From Candidatus Latescibacterota bacterium (lineage in GTDB: Bacteria; Latescibacterota; UBA2968; SICM01): a stretch of 64,000 nt of DNA. Location: NCBI GenBank assembly GCA_965217865.1, contig CBDCJO010000002.1, positions 4,832,001-4,896,000 of the forward strand, written 5' to 3'. Below, piece by piece: positions 39,673-49,291 of the stretch. The translations under genes and the position numbers were made by a program. The number at the start of each line of letters is the position of its first letter. The first letter of the stretch is position 1. The notes below the pieces were generated by a model. The model had not been told where the DNA came from. It worked only from the letters and a program-made list of their open reading frames with translations, and did not search any database.

Positions 39673-39832
39673 TTTGGTTCCCCTCAAGTTTAAGGCTAAA
39701 TTCGGTTTGGTTCAATTCGTGAGAAAATTACACATTATTTCTGTAGGGGGCAATCGAAAGGTGTTTGGTTGAGTCGGGGGTTCCGAGTTATAACACCTGT
39801 TGATCCGGCGTATCATATTATAGGAGGTGAGA

Positions 39833-40603
39833 ATGAAGATCGGACTCTGTACGATCTCGTTCCGAGATCGCCAACTCGATACGGTCCTGGATCTGGCCGC
39901 CCGAAACGGTTTCGATGGGGTAGAGATCTGGGGAAAGCCCGAACATACCCCAGAGATTTACGACAGCAGCCATAATCAAAGGGTCGCAGAAGCCGCCCGA
40001 AACAGGGGATTGGCAATCTCCCAGTTCGGATCCTATGCAAACCCGACCTCGGTTCGTTTTCAAGCTGAGATGTCGGATGCCTTGGGGATTGCGCGTGACC
40101 TGGGAACGGATAAGATACGTGTGTGGGCGGGAGATACCGGCTCTGCGGAGGCCGACAGCCAGCAGTGGGAGACCGCGATCTCCGGTTTTCGGATCTTTTC
40201 GGATCGAGCTTCCGATTCGGGTTTCACCCTGGTCCTCGAGATGCACTCAAATCGGTTGACGGATACGGCCGAGGGGTGTCTTCGCCTTTTGGGAGAGGTT
40301 GACCGGTCCAATCTCCGTCTGAATTTCCAGCCTATGTCCGATCACAACAACAGCCGTGTGATGGAGGAGGTGGGGAAGGTGGCGCCATACGTCACCACGG
40401 TCCACGCGCAGAACGTTGTTCAGGTCGGCGAAACCCGCCGGGGCCTCATCTCAGAGGGCGTGGTGGACTATCCCGGGGTCATCGAAGCGCTCCGTAAGGC
40501 CGGGTTCGATGGTTACGTTGAAGTTGAGTTTGTGCGTGAAGACGATCCGGAAGAGGCCCTCAAAGCGGATGCGAAATTCCTGAAGTCCCTGGTGAGCAAA
40601 TGA
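39833..40603 (+). CDS. Sugar phosphate isomerase/epimerase family TIM barrel
   Basis: GFDGVEIW, GSY, IRVWAG, EMH...TD, VH.QN, GFDGY..VEF; AGGAGG RBS. Confidence 0.88.
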   Translation: MKIGLCTISFRDRQLDTVLDLAARNGFDGVEIWGKPEHTPEIYDSSHNQRVAEAARNRGLAISQFGSYANPTSVRFQAEMSDALGIARDLGTDKIRVWAGDTGSAEADSQQWETAISGFRIFSDRASDSGFTLVLEMHSNRLTDTAEGCLRLLGEVDRSNLRLNFQPMSDHNNSRVMEEVGKVAPYVTTVHAQNVVQVGETRRGLISEGVVDYPGVIEALRKAGFDGYVEVEFVREDDPEEALKADAKFLKSLVSK

Positions 40604-41022
40604 AAAGCGTTATGTGTTTAAGGCGACATGCGTGTACGGGTGGGGAAAGAGGGGAGTTTCGTTCTCGACCCTGGAACCGGCCTGATCGGCATGGAACCCG
40701 GATCGGAGTTCGGGCTCAACCCGAATCTCCTTTTCGCGACGGCTCGGTTTTATTTTTAAGAACGTGAGGCGTGAGGGGTGAATCCCCTCCGGTGATGTTT
40801 ATCCGGGATCGTGACGTCTCGATGCAGGGGCGGTTCACACCCCGTCCTTGAAGCCTTAGGAAAGTTTCCGGTTTCCAGAGACGGGCAAGGCGGGTTGATG
40901 ATTCGAAAACGCTTTCGACGAATAACCGGGATTGAATGTTTTAAGCCGCATCCATTCAGATGCGGCTCGTTTCGTTGCCCCGAAACCAAATCGTCCGTGC
41001 GATCTCCTGCCTCTTCCCTAAA

Positions 41023-41409
41023 TCAGCCTTCTCTTGTAACATCAATAATGTAGGATAGACCGAACTTGCGATCCTCGGATCTCGTCTGTGTTACGATTCG
41101 ATTTTGTCCAACGGAGAGCGCAATGCGTGGAGATGCCATCCCCGACGTAACGATCGATCCATCGGAAGGCAGCCCCTCCCCGAAGATCAAAATCATCGGA
41201 TTGCCGCTTCTGGCCGTGGGTGTGACGGTTAAACTATCGACGCTATTTGCAAGGGTGAGAAAATACAAACCCTGGAAGCTTGGAGAAAAGGAGGGGTTTA
41301 AGGCCCCTGCCGATGTCGTCAATTCCGAGAGCAGTGAGTCAGAAGCAGGCGAACTGGGGTTGAATAGGCTATTGTCGCTGAGGCAGCCAAAGGCCAACGG
41401 ACACATCAA
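41023..41409 (-). CDS. Lipoprotein with cadherin-like beta-sandwich domain
   Basis: LAFGC lipobox; LS.L..S.G.L.P.FSP, LTVTPT, I.L.VG.N.I, Y.I.VTR pattern; start uncertain. Confidence 0.7.
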   Translation of the reverse strand: MMCPLAFGCLSDNSLFNPSSPASDSLLSELTTSAGALNPSFSPSFQGLYFLTLANSVDSLTVTPTARSGNPMILIFGEGLPSDGSIVTSGMASPRIALSVGQNRIVTQTRSEDRKFGLSYIIDVTREG

Positions 41410-41448
41410 CAGAATTAAGAATAAGATTGATTTATTGATGGACTATCC

Positions 41449-41838
41449 TCAAGAAGAATCTTCCAGAGCTTCCTTCACGGCGTATAACAATTCAATCCGG
41501 TCCAGCGGTTTTTTCAGAACACGAAGCGCACCGAACGAAGCGGCAAGGGTCATCGCGTTTTTCTGATATTTTCCTTTGAGCTCCGTGCCCTCACCGGAAA
41601 CGGCGATGACCCGGGCACCGGTATAGTCATGGTTCAGGTCCCAGATTAATTCGAGCCCGTCGTTCTCCATCATCATGATGCTCGCGAGAACCAGGTCGAC
41701 GGGTTCCCTTCGATAGATTTTTAATCCAGATTTTCCGTCGGGGGCCTCCAGGACTTCGTAGCCGCCGATTTCGAGCATTTCGCGTGTGGATAATCGGGAA
41801 GGTCCATCATCATCGACCACAAGGATGCGCGCCATCAC
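41449..41838 (-). CDS. Single-domain response regulator receiver (atypical phospho-site)
   Basis: ILVVDDD, A.DG..GL, DG.E, IA.SG, GA...L.KP; DLVLASIMM where DL...D.MP is expected. Confidence 0.85.
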   Translation of the reverse strand: MMARILVVDDDGPSRLSTREMLEIGGYEVLEAPDGKSGLKIYRREPVDLVLASIMMMENDGLELIWDLNHDYTGARVIAVSGEGTELKGKYQKNAMTLAASFGALRVLKKPLDRIELLYAVKEALEDSS

Positions 41839-41845
41839 CCCCCCA

Positions 41846-42226
41846 TCAATGGAATGAGAAGGTCAGGACTTTCATAGCCGCCCGTTTATCCATTCGGCTG
41901 TAGGTGAACCGGGGGATGCCGATCCCCATTCCTTTTTGGCTGATCCTGAAAAGACCCTGTGAATCAGCTCTCAAGGTCATACTCGCCCAGGTAACGGCAC
42001 CAACAAATGCACCGGAACCCAGGCTCACCCCGACAACTGTCCCGTTGCTCACAGGCTTTTGGCCTCGAGAGTCTTTTTCGTTAAACATAACCAAAGCCCC
42101 CAATGTTACTGTAGCCGTCGCCACACCTGCGATAAGTGAAAATTTCCCCCTTTTTTTGGCTTCAGATCTGGAAGGAAAAGAGATGATGAGCAATGCCGGG
42201 ATCAAGATGCTGACCAATAGTTTCAT
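41846..42226 (-). CDS. Hypothetical secreted/membrane protein
   Basis: GGAGG RBS, signal peptide, two hydrophobic Gly-rich segments. Confidence 0.6.
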   Translation of the reverse strand: MKLLVSILIPALLIISFPSRSEAKKRGKFSLIAGVATATVTLGALVMFNEKDSRGQKPVSNGTVVGVSLGSGAFVGAVTWASMTLRADSQGLFRISQKGMGIGIPRFTYSRMDKRAAMKVLTFSFH

Positions 42227-42377
42227 ATCGAACCTCCTCCCTCGAAAACCCCGGAGATAGCCTCTCCTTTAATAGACGACTTTGTGTTATGGATTATCGG
42301 CCTGTAGAGGATCGGCTGGATTGTGGAATTAAACCCTTTTTAGAGAGGCCATTTGCTATAAAAAACCGCAGGGGGCC

Positions 42378-42605
42378 TTATCCCGGAACGATCCGAACAC
42401 CATTTTCATCGAATACGGAAAGGGCATCGACCGGGCAGACGGAACAGGCATCGATCAAGCGTTCTCGATCCGCTTCAACCGAATTCTCGAACCTGACGAT
42501 TCCATCTTCGGCTAGCTGGAATACTTCTGGGGCTACTCCGATGCAATCTTTAAAGGCGGCACAGACGGTTCGATCGATTCGAACCGTTAAATCGCCGATC
42601 TTCAT
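42378..42605 (-). CDS. Monocluster ferredoxin (probably 3Fe-4S)
   Basis: IDR..CAAFKDCI..APEVF...AC..CPVDAL; second cluster Cys replaced by Phe; start chosen at MKIGD. Confidence 0.85.
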   Translation of the reverse strand: MKIGDLTVRIDRTVCAAFKDCIGVAPEVFQLAEDGIVRFENSVEADRERLIDACSVCPVDALSVFDENGVRIVPG

Positions 42606-42843
42606 TTCAATAAAATCGTCTATGGAAACACTCCTCTGGCTCGATGTCTTATGTGGCTTTTCCTCAATTCTAACGATCTTGGGGAAGTTTGTCAACCCTT
42701 CGTATCGTCTGGATAATGGGCCCATGTATGGGCGGGAAAAGAGTGATTGTATGGGGGGGGGTTATTTTCGGGTTGACAGATGAACGAATGTGCAGTATAT
42801 TGGGGAGGTTGTTAATTGGGCCGAACTGAAACGAAGGTAAGCC

Positions 42844-43623
42844 TTGAGCCTCATTCAGATAGAAGAGATCGGGGCCAGATCCATTCTGACCCCACAACCC
42901 GACTGGTCATCTTTGGGCGGAAGCTACGACTTTTCGCTGAACCCCTACCAGGGATGTGGCATGGGGTGTTCCTATTGCTATGTCATTCGATACCCGTTTG
43001 CAGAGGAACACCCCCTCCCGTGGGGGAACTGGGTTCGGCCGAAGTTGAACGCACCTTTTTTGATCGGGAAGGATCGTTTGAAGGTCTGGGGAAGGCGGAT
43101 CTTTATGTCTTCCGCGACCGATCCATACCAGTATGTCGAGCGGAAATATCGATTGACCCGGGGCTGCCTGAAGGTCCTGGTTGAATGTAATTTGCAGCGC
43201 CTGACGGTTCACACCCGAAGCCAACTTGTCCTGGACGATCTCGATCTTCTCAAGGCGTTCGGGGACAGGTTGGAGGTGGGCTTTTCCGTCCCCACGGATG
43301 ACGATGCCGAGCGGAAACGGCTGGAGCCGAATGCACCGACGATCGACGTAAGGCTAAGGACGATCCGAAAGCTTCGCGATGCGGGGATCAAGGTGATCGT
43401 TGCGGTTTCACCATTGCTGAGATGTAATCCCGATCGTTTCGCAGGGCTTCTTGCGGAGGTAGCTGATCGTGCCTGGATGGATAAGGTTCGGTATGAAGCT
43501 CGAACTTACCTGAGACATAGGGGAGAGGACAGGACTTTTTTCTTGAGCCGGTCCTATCGAGAGTTGGGAAGGGAAATGGAAGTGCGATTGCGCAACCTGG
43601 GATTGCTTCGGCCGATCAGATGA
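42844..43623 (+). CDS. Radical SAM protein, SPL/DNA-repair-photolyase-like family
   Basis: NPY.GC.MGC.YCY, MSSATDPYQ..E....LTR, TRS.LV..D.D, LEP.AP....RL. Confidence 0.88.
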   Translation: MSLIQIEEIGARSILTPQPDWSSLGGSYDFSLNPYQGCGMGCSYCYVIRYPFAEEHPLPWGNWVRPKLNAPFLIGKDRLKVWGRRIFMSSATDPYQYVERKYRLTRGCLKVLVECNLQRLTVHTRSQLVLDDLDLLKAFGDRLEVGFSVPTDDDAERKRLEPNAPTIDVRLRTIRKLRDAGIKVIVAVSPLLRCNPDRFAGLLAEVADRAWMDKVRYEARTYLRHRGEDRTFFLSRSYRELGREMEVRLRNLGLLRPIR

Positions 43624-43642
43624 TATGATTGGATCAAAAATC

Positions 43643-44350
43643 TTATAGGATACCGCAGCTCAAGGCCTCCACGAGGCTTGTCAGCTGGAGTTCCGTCGCA
43701 GAGTGGTCCTGATGGGCGGTGAAGAAATTGGGGACGGCGATGACGTCCATCCCGGCTGACCGTGCGGACCGGACCCCGCTTTCGCTATCTTCGAAAGCCA
43801 GGCACGATGAAGGCGGGAGCCCGAGCCGATTTGCGGCCAGGAGATAGATGTCGGGGGCCGGTTTTGTTCTGGCCACGTCGGAACCGGAGAGGATGACCTC
43901 GAAGATCCGGTCAAGGGGATCGCCCTTTTGCAGGTATGTCAGAAGTCCATTCTCCAGGGTTTTCATCATTCTGATTCTCTCTGTTGAAGAGGCCACCCCG
44001 AGACGATAGGGTTTTACCCGAACGAAGTTCAAGAGTTCTTCCAACCCCGGCATCACCTCGATCTTCTCCGGATCCGATATGGCCAGATCGAAGCGGTCCA
44101 TCCAGAGCTTGCTAAAATCCTCAGGTGAGGTATCCAGATCGTAGTGCTCAACGGCATGGCTGCTGTTTTCCTCTATGGGGTGGCCCACATAGGAGATATA
44201 TCCGGGACGATCCAACGAAGCATTGAATTCATGAAGGGTATCGTTAAACGTGCTGTAGTAAAGTTCCTCCGTGTTGAACATCAGGCCATCCATGTCGAAG
44301 ATGACGGCTTCGTAATTACGGTTCTTATCTGATGTTCGAGTGTTACCCAT
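43643..44350 (-). CDS. HAD-family phosphatase
   Basis: FDMDGLMFNTE, VASS, KPAPDIY, FEDS..G. Confidence 0.9.
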   Translation of the reverse strand: MGNTRTSDKNRNYEAVIFDMDGLMFNTEELYYSTFNDTLHEFNASLDRPGYISYVGHPIEENSSHAVEHYDLDTSPEDFSKLWMDRFDLAISDPEKIEVMPGLEELLNFVRVKPYRLGVASSTERIRMMKTLENGLLTYLQKGDPLDRIFEVILSGSDVARTKPAPDIYLLAANRLGLPPSSCLAFEDSESGVRSARSAGMDVIAVPNFFTAHQDHSATELQLTSLVEALSCGIL

Positions 44351-44384
44351 TCTCGTTTGTCTCTGGAAAAGTGAGCCCGGACGA

Positions 44385-44666
44385 TCAAGTTGCCTTCAGA
44401 AATCTGACATTCCCATTCGTGGTTTGGAGGTCGACCATACCTTCTCCAGATCCCAGGGTGCCTTCCAATTTCCTTCGGGTTTGAAGACTTGCTTTGACCG
44501 CCAGGTCAGTCTTCACGGTACCGTTCCGAACCGATGCTTTGACACGCGCAGATATGTTTTCCGCCACGTATAGATTAACATTTCCGTTTCTCGTTATCAA
44601 CTTCGTCTCCGAGCCGGTTTCCCACTTCGAGATCTCAGCCCGTACGTTTCCATTTGTTGTGGAACC
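44385..44666 (-). pseudogene. C-terminal fragment of a DUF4097 beta-strand-repeat protein, 5'-truncated at the IS boundary
   Basis: GSTTNGNV...TRNGNV...RNGTV...G.LGSG...VDLQTTNGNV repeats; no start codon before the IS1380 end. Confidence 0.75.
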
Positions 44667-44676
44667 GTAAGTCCGA

Positions 44677-46518
44677 CTAGTCCTAAAATAAGCGAATAGG
44701 CTTGTTGAGCGGTGTGTTATACAAGATTTCGGAGCATTTCAGACTTGTGACTTGGTGGAGATGATGTCTGGGCTGTTTTTGTGATTGTTTCGGCATGCGA
44801 TTGTCTAATTAACTGAGTTTGCGGACGTGTTTTAGCCGGGGTGGACGGACTTGTCCCTGTGATGTTACGACGACAGGTGCTGACATGGCAGTCAGGCCGG
44901 TTTGAGCCATCTGATTCTGTTCCAGGCCGGGAAGAAGTCAGTCATCCACCGGTTGTAGCCCAAGACACGATAGATGATCTGTCTTCCCCGGGTCACGATC
45001 TGGCAGGGGATCCAGATCAGATTCTGGAGGAAGGCGCGAAACTCCATTCTCAGAAGTTGATCGCGACGCTCACGCTTTCGGATCATCAACGCGAACCAGG
45101 CTTTGAGGTTCCACGCCAGGGCGGTCATGACCATGTAAGCCCAGTTGCTCATCAGGTTGTCGACGGGCATCCGCATGGCGTTGACCCCGTTCTTGAGTTG
45201 TTCAATCACGTTTTCCTGATCGCACCGTCGATTGGCCAGCCTCACGATTTCCGCGGCCGTAAGATCTTTTCGGGTGGTAATGTAGAAGAAACAGCGCTTG
45301 TCATCGAACAGGGCGTTTTCGCCGCGTTCGACGCTCAGGTTCTTTTCGAGGATCACGAGTCGACAGGTCTTCCTGCATCGAGCAGGACGATACGAAACCC
45401 CGGCAACACGTTCACTGGCAAGTCGGATGTTTTTGAAGCCGCGCTCCCGGATGATCCGGGCTTTCACGTTCTCGCGTTTCTGTCTCTGGGAGGTTTTGAC
45501 CTGGTATTTGGGTTGTCGTTCAAAGGGCTCCCAATCGCTCTGTGACAGGGATTTGGCGATCTTGACCAATCCCCGGTAAGCATCCATGCCGAAGACGAAG
45601 TCGACCTTTTCCGACCAACGATCGAAGTGCCGGGTGAGTGAGAAGCCGGTGTCTCCGCGCAGGCAGATGCGTTTGGCGAAAGGGGCGACCAGCGCGATGG
45701 CGCGATCGATCCACTTTACGGCACCGTCGTGGCTGGGCACATGGCCGGGTCGATTCACAAGAAACAACACCTCCCTGGTGTTCGCCAGAGAGACCACGAG
45801 AGGATGGTATCCCCAGATACCGTTGTATGACAGGGCCATGCCCTGCTTGCGTTCTCCGAGGGTGGTGGCCAGGGTGCCGTCGATGTCGATGAGGGCTTCT
45901 TTGAGTTCGCCCCTGGCGCGCTTTTTCCAGATCCGGGTGCGCACCCGGTTGATGCAATCCATCAACGTCTCGATATCCGATGGCCGGAAACGACGTGTAA
46001 AGTCGCCTGCTGTGGCCGGATCCGGGAGACGCTGAGCGCCCAAAGCGTTCAGGAACGTGGCATCCTGCCGGCGCAGCTCAATGTCTTCAAGGCGTTGACC
46101 ACCAACCAGCGCATTGTAGGCGATGTTCAGAACGTGGTCTGATTCGTGACAGGGCAAATGCACTTTCAAAAGATGAAGATGACGGTCAATCTCTTTCACC
46201 AGCCCAACCCTGCGGACCATGTGGTGAAACGCGCCGATCCCCCCACACGTGATCGCCTCGGCCTTCCCACTTATCTCGTAGTGGATGTTTCCCCCAGACA
46301 TCATAGGCTTGACCTGACTGCACCACTGCTTCCGACGCAAACGACGGACAATTCGTGCTTCCCTGTTCCGAAGAATCTTCCTATATTCTCTCATCTGAAA
46401 TGCCCCTTTTGATGGCCTCTTTTTGTCTTTCACACTACAACTATAGGCCTGAAAACTGGGGCATTTTCAACTTTTTTCTACTAAAACCAAGAAAAATTCA
46501 CGCTTGTATAGGGACTAG
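44677..46518 (-). mobile_element. IS1380-family insertion sequence
   Basis: Imperfect terminal inverted repeats CTAGTCCTAAAATAAGCG (44677) and CGCTTGTATAGGGACTAG (46501..46518); CTAG at both ends may be the target duplication. Confidence 0.88.
44892..46394 (-). CDS. IS1380-family DDE transposase
   Basis: ESDHVLNIAYN, AGDF.RRF, IDIDGT, WGYHPL.VSLANT.E.L, LRGD, R.DQEN.IEQLKNGV, NWAYMV. Confidence 0.92.
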   Translation of the reverse strand: MREYRKILRNREARIVRRLRRKQWCSQVKPMMSGGNIHYEISGKAEAITCGGIGAFHHMVRRVGLVKEIDRHLHLLKVHLPCHESDHVLNIAYNALVGGQRLEDIELRRQDATFLNALGAQRLPDPATAGDFTRRFRPSDIETLMDCINRVRTRIWKKRARGELKEALIDIDGTLATTLGERKQGMALSYNGIWGYHPLVVSLANTREVLFLVNRPGHVPSHDGAVKWIDRAIALVAPFAKRICLRGDTGFSLTRHFDRWSEKVDFVFGMDAYRGLVKIAKSLSQSDWEPFERQPKYQVKTSQRQKRENVKARIIRERGFKNIRLASERVAGVSYRPARCRKTCRLVILEKNLSVERGENALFDDKRCFFYITTRKDLTAAEIVRLANRRCDQENVIEQLKNGVNAMRMPVDNLMSNWAYMVMTALAWNLKAWFALMIRKRERRDQLLRMEFRAFLQNLIWIPCQIVTRGRQIIYRVLGYNRWMTDFFPAWNRIRWLKPA

Positions 46519-46569
46519 TTGAATATGGATTAAAAAACCTCGTTCGCGATTCACAATCCCGAATAGAAA

Positions 46570-47766
46570 TCAAGGCCACATGGTCTTGCCCAGGTCCACT
46601 TCTATGTACTTGACCACACAGAAAGCAAATTTCCCCTGGCGGGTTCGATATCCTCGCATATCGAAGACGAGGCCCACGCTGTTCGGACCGGTTGTCAGGA
46701 TGCCACCGTTCCCGGTTGTGTTGGGCCACGTGAGTACGTTACCGATCTCATCCCACTTCTTTCCCGTTCCATCCCGCGAGACGCCAAGGTTGACCTCACC
46801 CATGCGGTATTTGAACTTCAGGTTTAGCGAGGGACGCACGTCGTTGACCTGTTCCGTCACTTCGGGCGGGATGATGCTCTGAACACCGTGGAGCAGGACC
46901 AACGATCCATCCTCCAGCACCGTGAGCTTGGGCAAAGTCCCGGTCGGAAAGGGGGTGGGAACGGGATCGGTCCAGGTTTGTCCCCGGTCTGATGACCATG
47001 CGATGTGGAGTGGACTCTGATGTCCCAATCGCATGACGATTACCAGGTCACCGGTCGGGGTGAGCCGTAGACTGGATTCGTTGAGTCCTTCGTCCTGGTG
47101 AACCGTTCCGACATTTCCACACATTTTCCAGGTGCGGCCCCGGTCTTCGGAGCGGATGATGATCACCCTGGTGAATGCCCATCGGTCCATCCCTATGGCA
47201 ATAGAACCTGCAATCTCGAAATTCTCGCGGTCGATGATCGCATCATCGCCTTTTAACCTGACATCCATAGGGCAGATCAGGGAGCCGTCGCTGAGCTGAA
47301 GCACCTGATCCCAAAAAACGGTACAAATGTCCGTGATTCCATCGCTGTCGTCCATCCGGTCAGGAATATGAAGGTCCCCCTCCTCACGCTCTACGCTTCC
47401 GTTTTTGAAGCGGTTCAGGATGATGGGAATGTGAGATATGTCCGATGGCGACCGTGTCGGGAATGTGCCGAGGACGCAGAATCCCTCGCCGTCTTCAAAC
47501 TCGTGGGTCAACGGTAAAGGGATATCCCAAACCGGGTATTTGGCGCCTGGCCTTTCAGGATTCACGGGGACCCACTCCCAGCTGTTTCCTCCGTTTTCGG
47601 AGATATAGAGTCTGCGATGTCCGAAAGCCTTGCCCTCTTGAGTGAAATACCGCCCGCTGATCACGACCAGCCTGCCATCCGAAAGACGGAAGAGGATCGG
47701 GTAGTCGATGTCGACGTCGACCGTGGATTCTTTTGCTATCGCATACTTTCGGGGACCATCAAACAT
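46570..47766 (-). CDS. Sialidase-fold (BNR/Asp-box) protein
   Basis: Asp boxes SENGGNSW, SEDRGRTW, SSDRGQTW, SRDGTGKKW; LNE....G.L..VMR; start chosen at MFDGP. Confidence 0.8.
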   Translation of the reverse strand: MFDGPRKYAIAKESTVDVDIDYPILFRLSDGRLVVISGRYFTQEGKAFGHRRLYISENGGNSWEWVPVNPERPGAKYPVWDIPLPLTHEFEDGEGFCVLGTFPTRSPSDISHIPIILNRFKNGSVEREEGDLHIPDRMDDSDGITDICTVFWDQVLQLSDGSLICPMDVRLKGDDAIIDRENFEIAGSIAIGMDRWAFTRVIIIRSEDRGRTWKMCGNVGTVHQDEGLNESSLRLTPTGDLVIVMRLGHQSPLHIAWSSDRGQTWTDPVPTPFPTGTLPKLTVLEDGSLVLLHGVQSIIPPEVTEQVNDVRPSLNLKFKYRMGEVNLGVSRDGTGKKWDEIGNVLTWPNTTGNGGILTTGPNSVGLVFDMRGYRTRQGKFAFCVVKYIEVDLGKTMWP

Positions 47767-47815
47767 TTGTGTCCTTTCTGTACCAAGGCAACGTTTGGAT
47801 CTGATCGTGGTCGCT

Positions 47816-49285
47816 TCACGGTCCCAGCGAAGAATAATCTTCCACGTCGTCGCGGCTCTCAATGAGCCAGGCCGTGCGGTTAAGCGTGAGGTGGTAGGCG
47901 TGGAAATAATCCTGCTCTGCCATCGCAGCATCAAGATTGTGGAAGAAATGCGTGTAGCCCATATCTTGCCGATGGGATCCTATTTGGCTTCGAAGGGTCT
48001 CGATCCTTTTCTCCAACCAGCTTATCTGATCGTCCGGGATCGTTACCTTCGCTCCGAATTGCAACAGGTTGGGTTCGATTCTGTTGATGTTCACATCGTC
48101 CGATTTATTCGTGTAGATGATAAAGGCTTCTCCGCGGTCTTCGAACACCTGGGTGTAGGTGATACCCGTGGACTCTGTACCGCCTGAGGAGAGGTCGTTC
48201 GCGATCAGGGACCGCGGTCGATCGAACTCGAGGTCCAATTCTCCTTCCTGTGTCGCGATCTCACGGCCGACGGCCACCCAGAGGGGAGAGCGGTTTCGGC
48301 GTGTGTCCCATGGGTCCGTTCCGCCGTTGGCATCCCCGGGATTGTTGTTAAAACTGAACACGAACCGTCCATCCTTCAGCTTGACCAGGGGACAGGAACA
48401 ATTCGGCTGTAAAATCGGTTTGCCGCCCGGGGTGAAGGTCATGGGTCTGACGCCACCCCAGGACTTTCCCCGGTCTTTGCTTACAGCGCAATAAGGACGC
48501 CCCGTCGGCGTGCGGAAGGTTGCATACAGATCACCGTTGCTCAAAGGCACTACGCTAGCTTCATCACCGCAGTTTTGCCCGTTGAGCGGATGGGTCGCGT
48601 GCAGGCCGTGAGGAGACTCGGGCGAAACCCGGAATTCCAGTTTCGCGGGATCCGACTCGGTCGCGATGTTCGCGCAGACGAGAAAAAAGGCCTCGGTCCA
48701 GCAGAAATTGTTGTAAAGTTTAATCAGACACTTTGACTCCCGCGGATCCTTAACCATGGAATCCGGGTTGATCTTGTTGAAATTCAACCAGCAGGTGCCG
48801 TCTTCGAGCATCACCCCGGGATTGAAATTCCATCCGTGATAAGGTTTTCCCGGAACATCGATCGCGTGCCGCTCCATCGGGACCGGAAAACGCGCAGACC
48901 ATGTCGCACCCTCATCGTCGCTGTAGCGAAAAACGATCACGCCGGCGTCGCGAATGGGATTCCCGTCAGCATCGTGCCAGTAGAATCCGTAAATGCGATT
49001 CTGAGTCTCAACGTAGACAGGTGAGAGCCAGCATCCCTGCCGATCCCTTTCGATGATGTGAGGTTCCGACCATGTCTTTCCCCTGTCGGTACTTCGAGAT
49101 GAGACTATCCGGTGGTCTCCGGCTGCTTCGCCGACAGCGGACTGGTTCCACACAACAACCCAAGTCCCGTTTCCGGTCACGACCAGATAGCCCTGTTTGT
49201 TGAACCTGATCGCGTCCGTGCGTACGCCCACCTGTCCCACATAATCGGTGTCGTTCTTTGCGAAGAGCGAGCCTGTCAATACCAT
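47816..49285 (-). CDS. Sialidase-fold (BNR/Asp-box) protein with extra C-terminal helical segment
   Basis: Asp boxes STDRGKTW, SDDEGATW, SKDRGKSW; E.S.V.L.NG.L...FRT. Confidence 0.82.
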   Translation of the reverse strand: MVLTGSLFAKNDTDYVGQVGVRTDAIRFNKQGYLVVTGNGTWVVVWNQSAVGEAAGDHRIVSSRSTDRGKTWSEPHIIERDRQGCWLSPVYVETQNRIYGFYWHDADGNPIRDAGVIVFRYSDDEGATWSARFPVPMERHAIDVPGKPYHGWNFNPGVMLEDGTCWLNFNKINPDSMVKDPRESKCLIKLYNNFCWTEAFFLVCANIATESDPAKLEFRVSPESPHGLHATHPLNGQNCGDEASVVPLSNGDLYATFRTPTGRPYCAVSKDRGKSWGGVRPMTFTPGGKPILQPNCSCPLVKLKDGRFVFSFNNNPGDANGGTDPWDTRRNRSPLWVAVGREIATQEGELDLEFDRPRSLIANDLSSGGTESTGITYTQVFEDRGEAFIIYTNKSDDVNINRIEPNLLQFGAKVTIPDDQISWLEKRIETLRSQIGSHRQDMGYTHFFHNLDAAMAEQDYFHAYHLTLNRTAWLIESRDDVEDYSSLGP

Positions 49286-49291
49286 CTATAT

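Noticed and set aside
40628-40759. 43-aa ORF ending in ARFYF, like a beta-barrel C-terminal signal
   Set aside because: Too short, no signal peptide or clear RBS; at most a gene remnant
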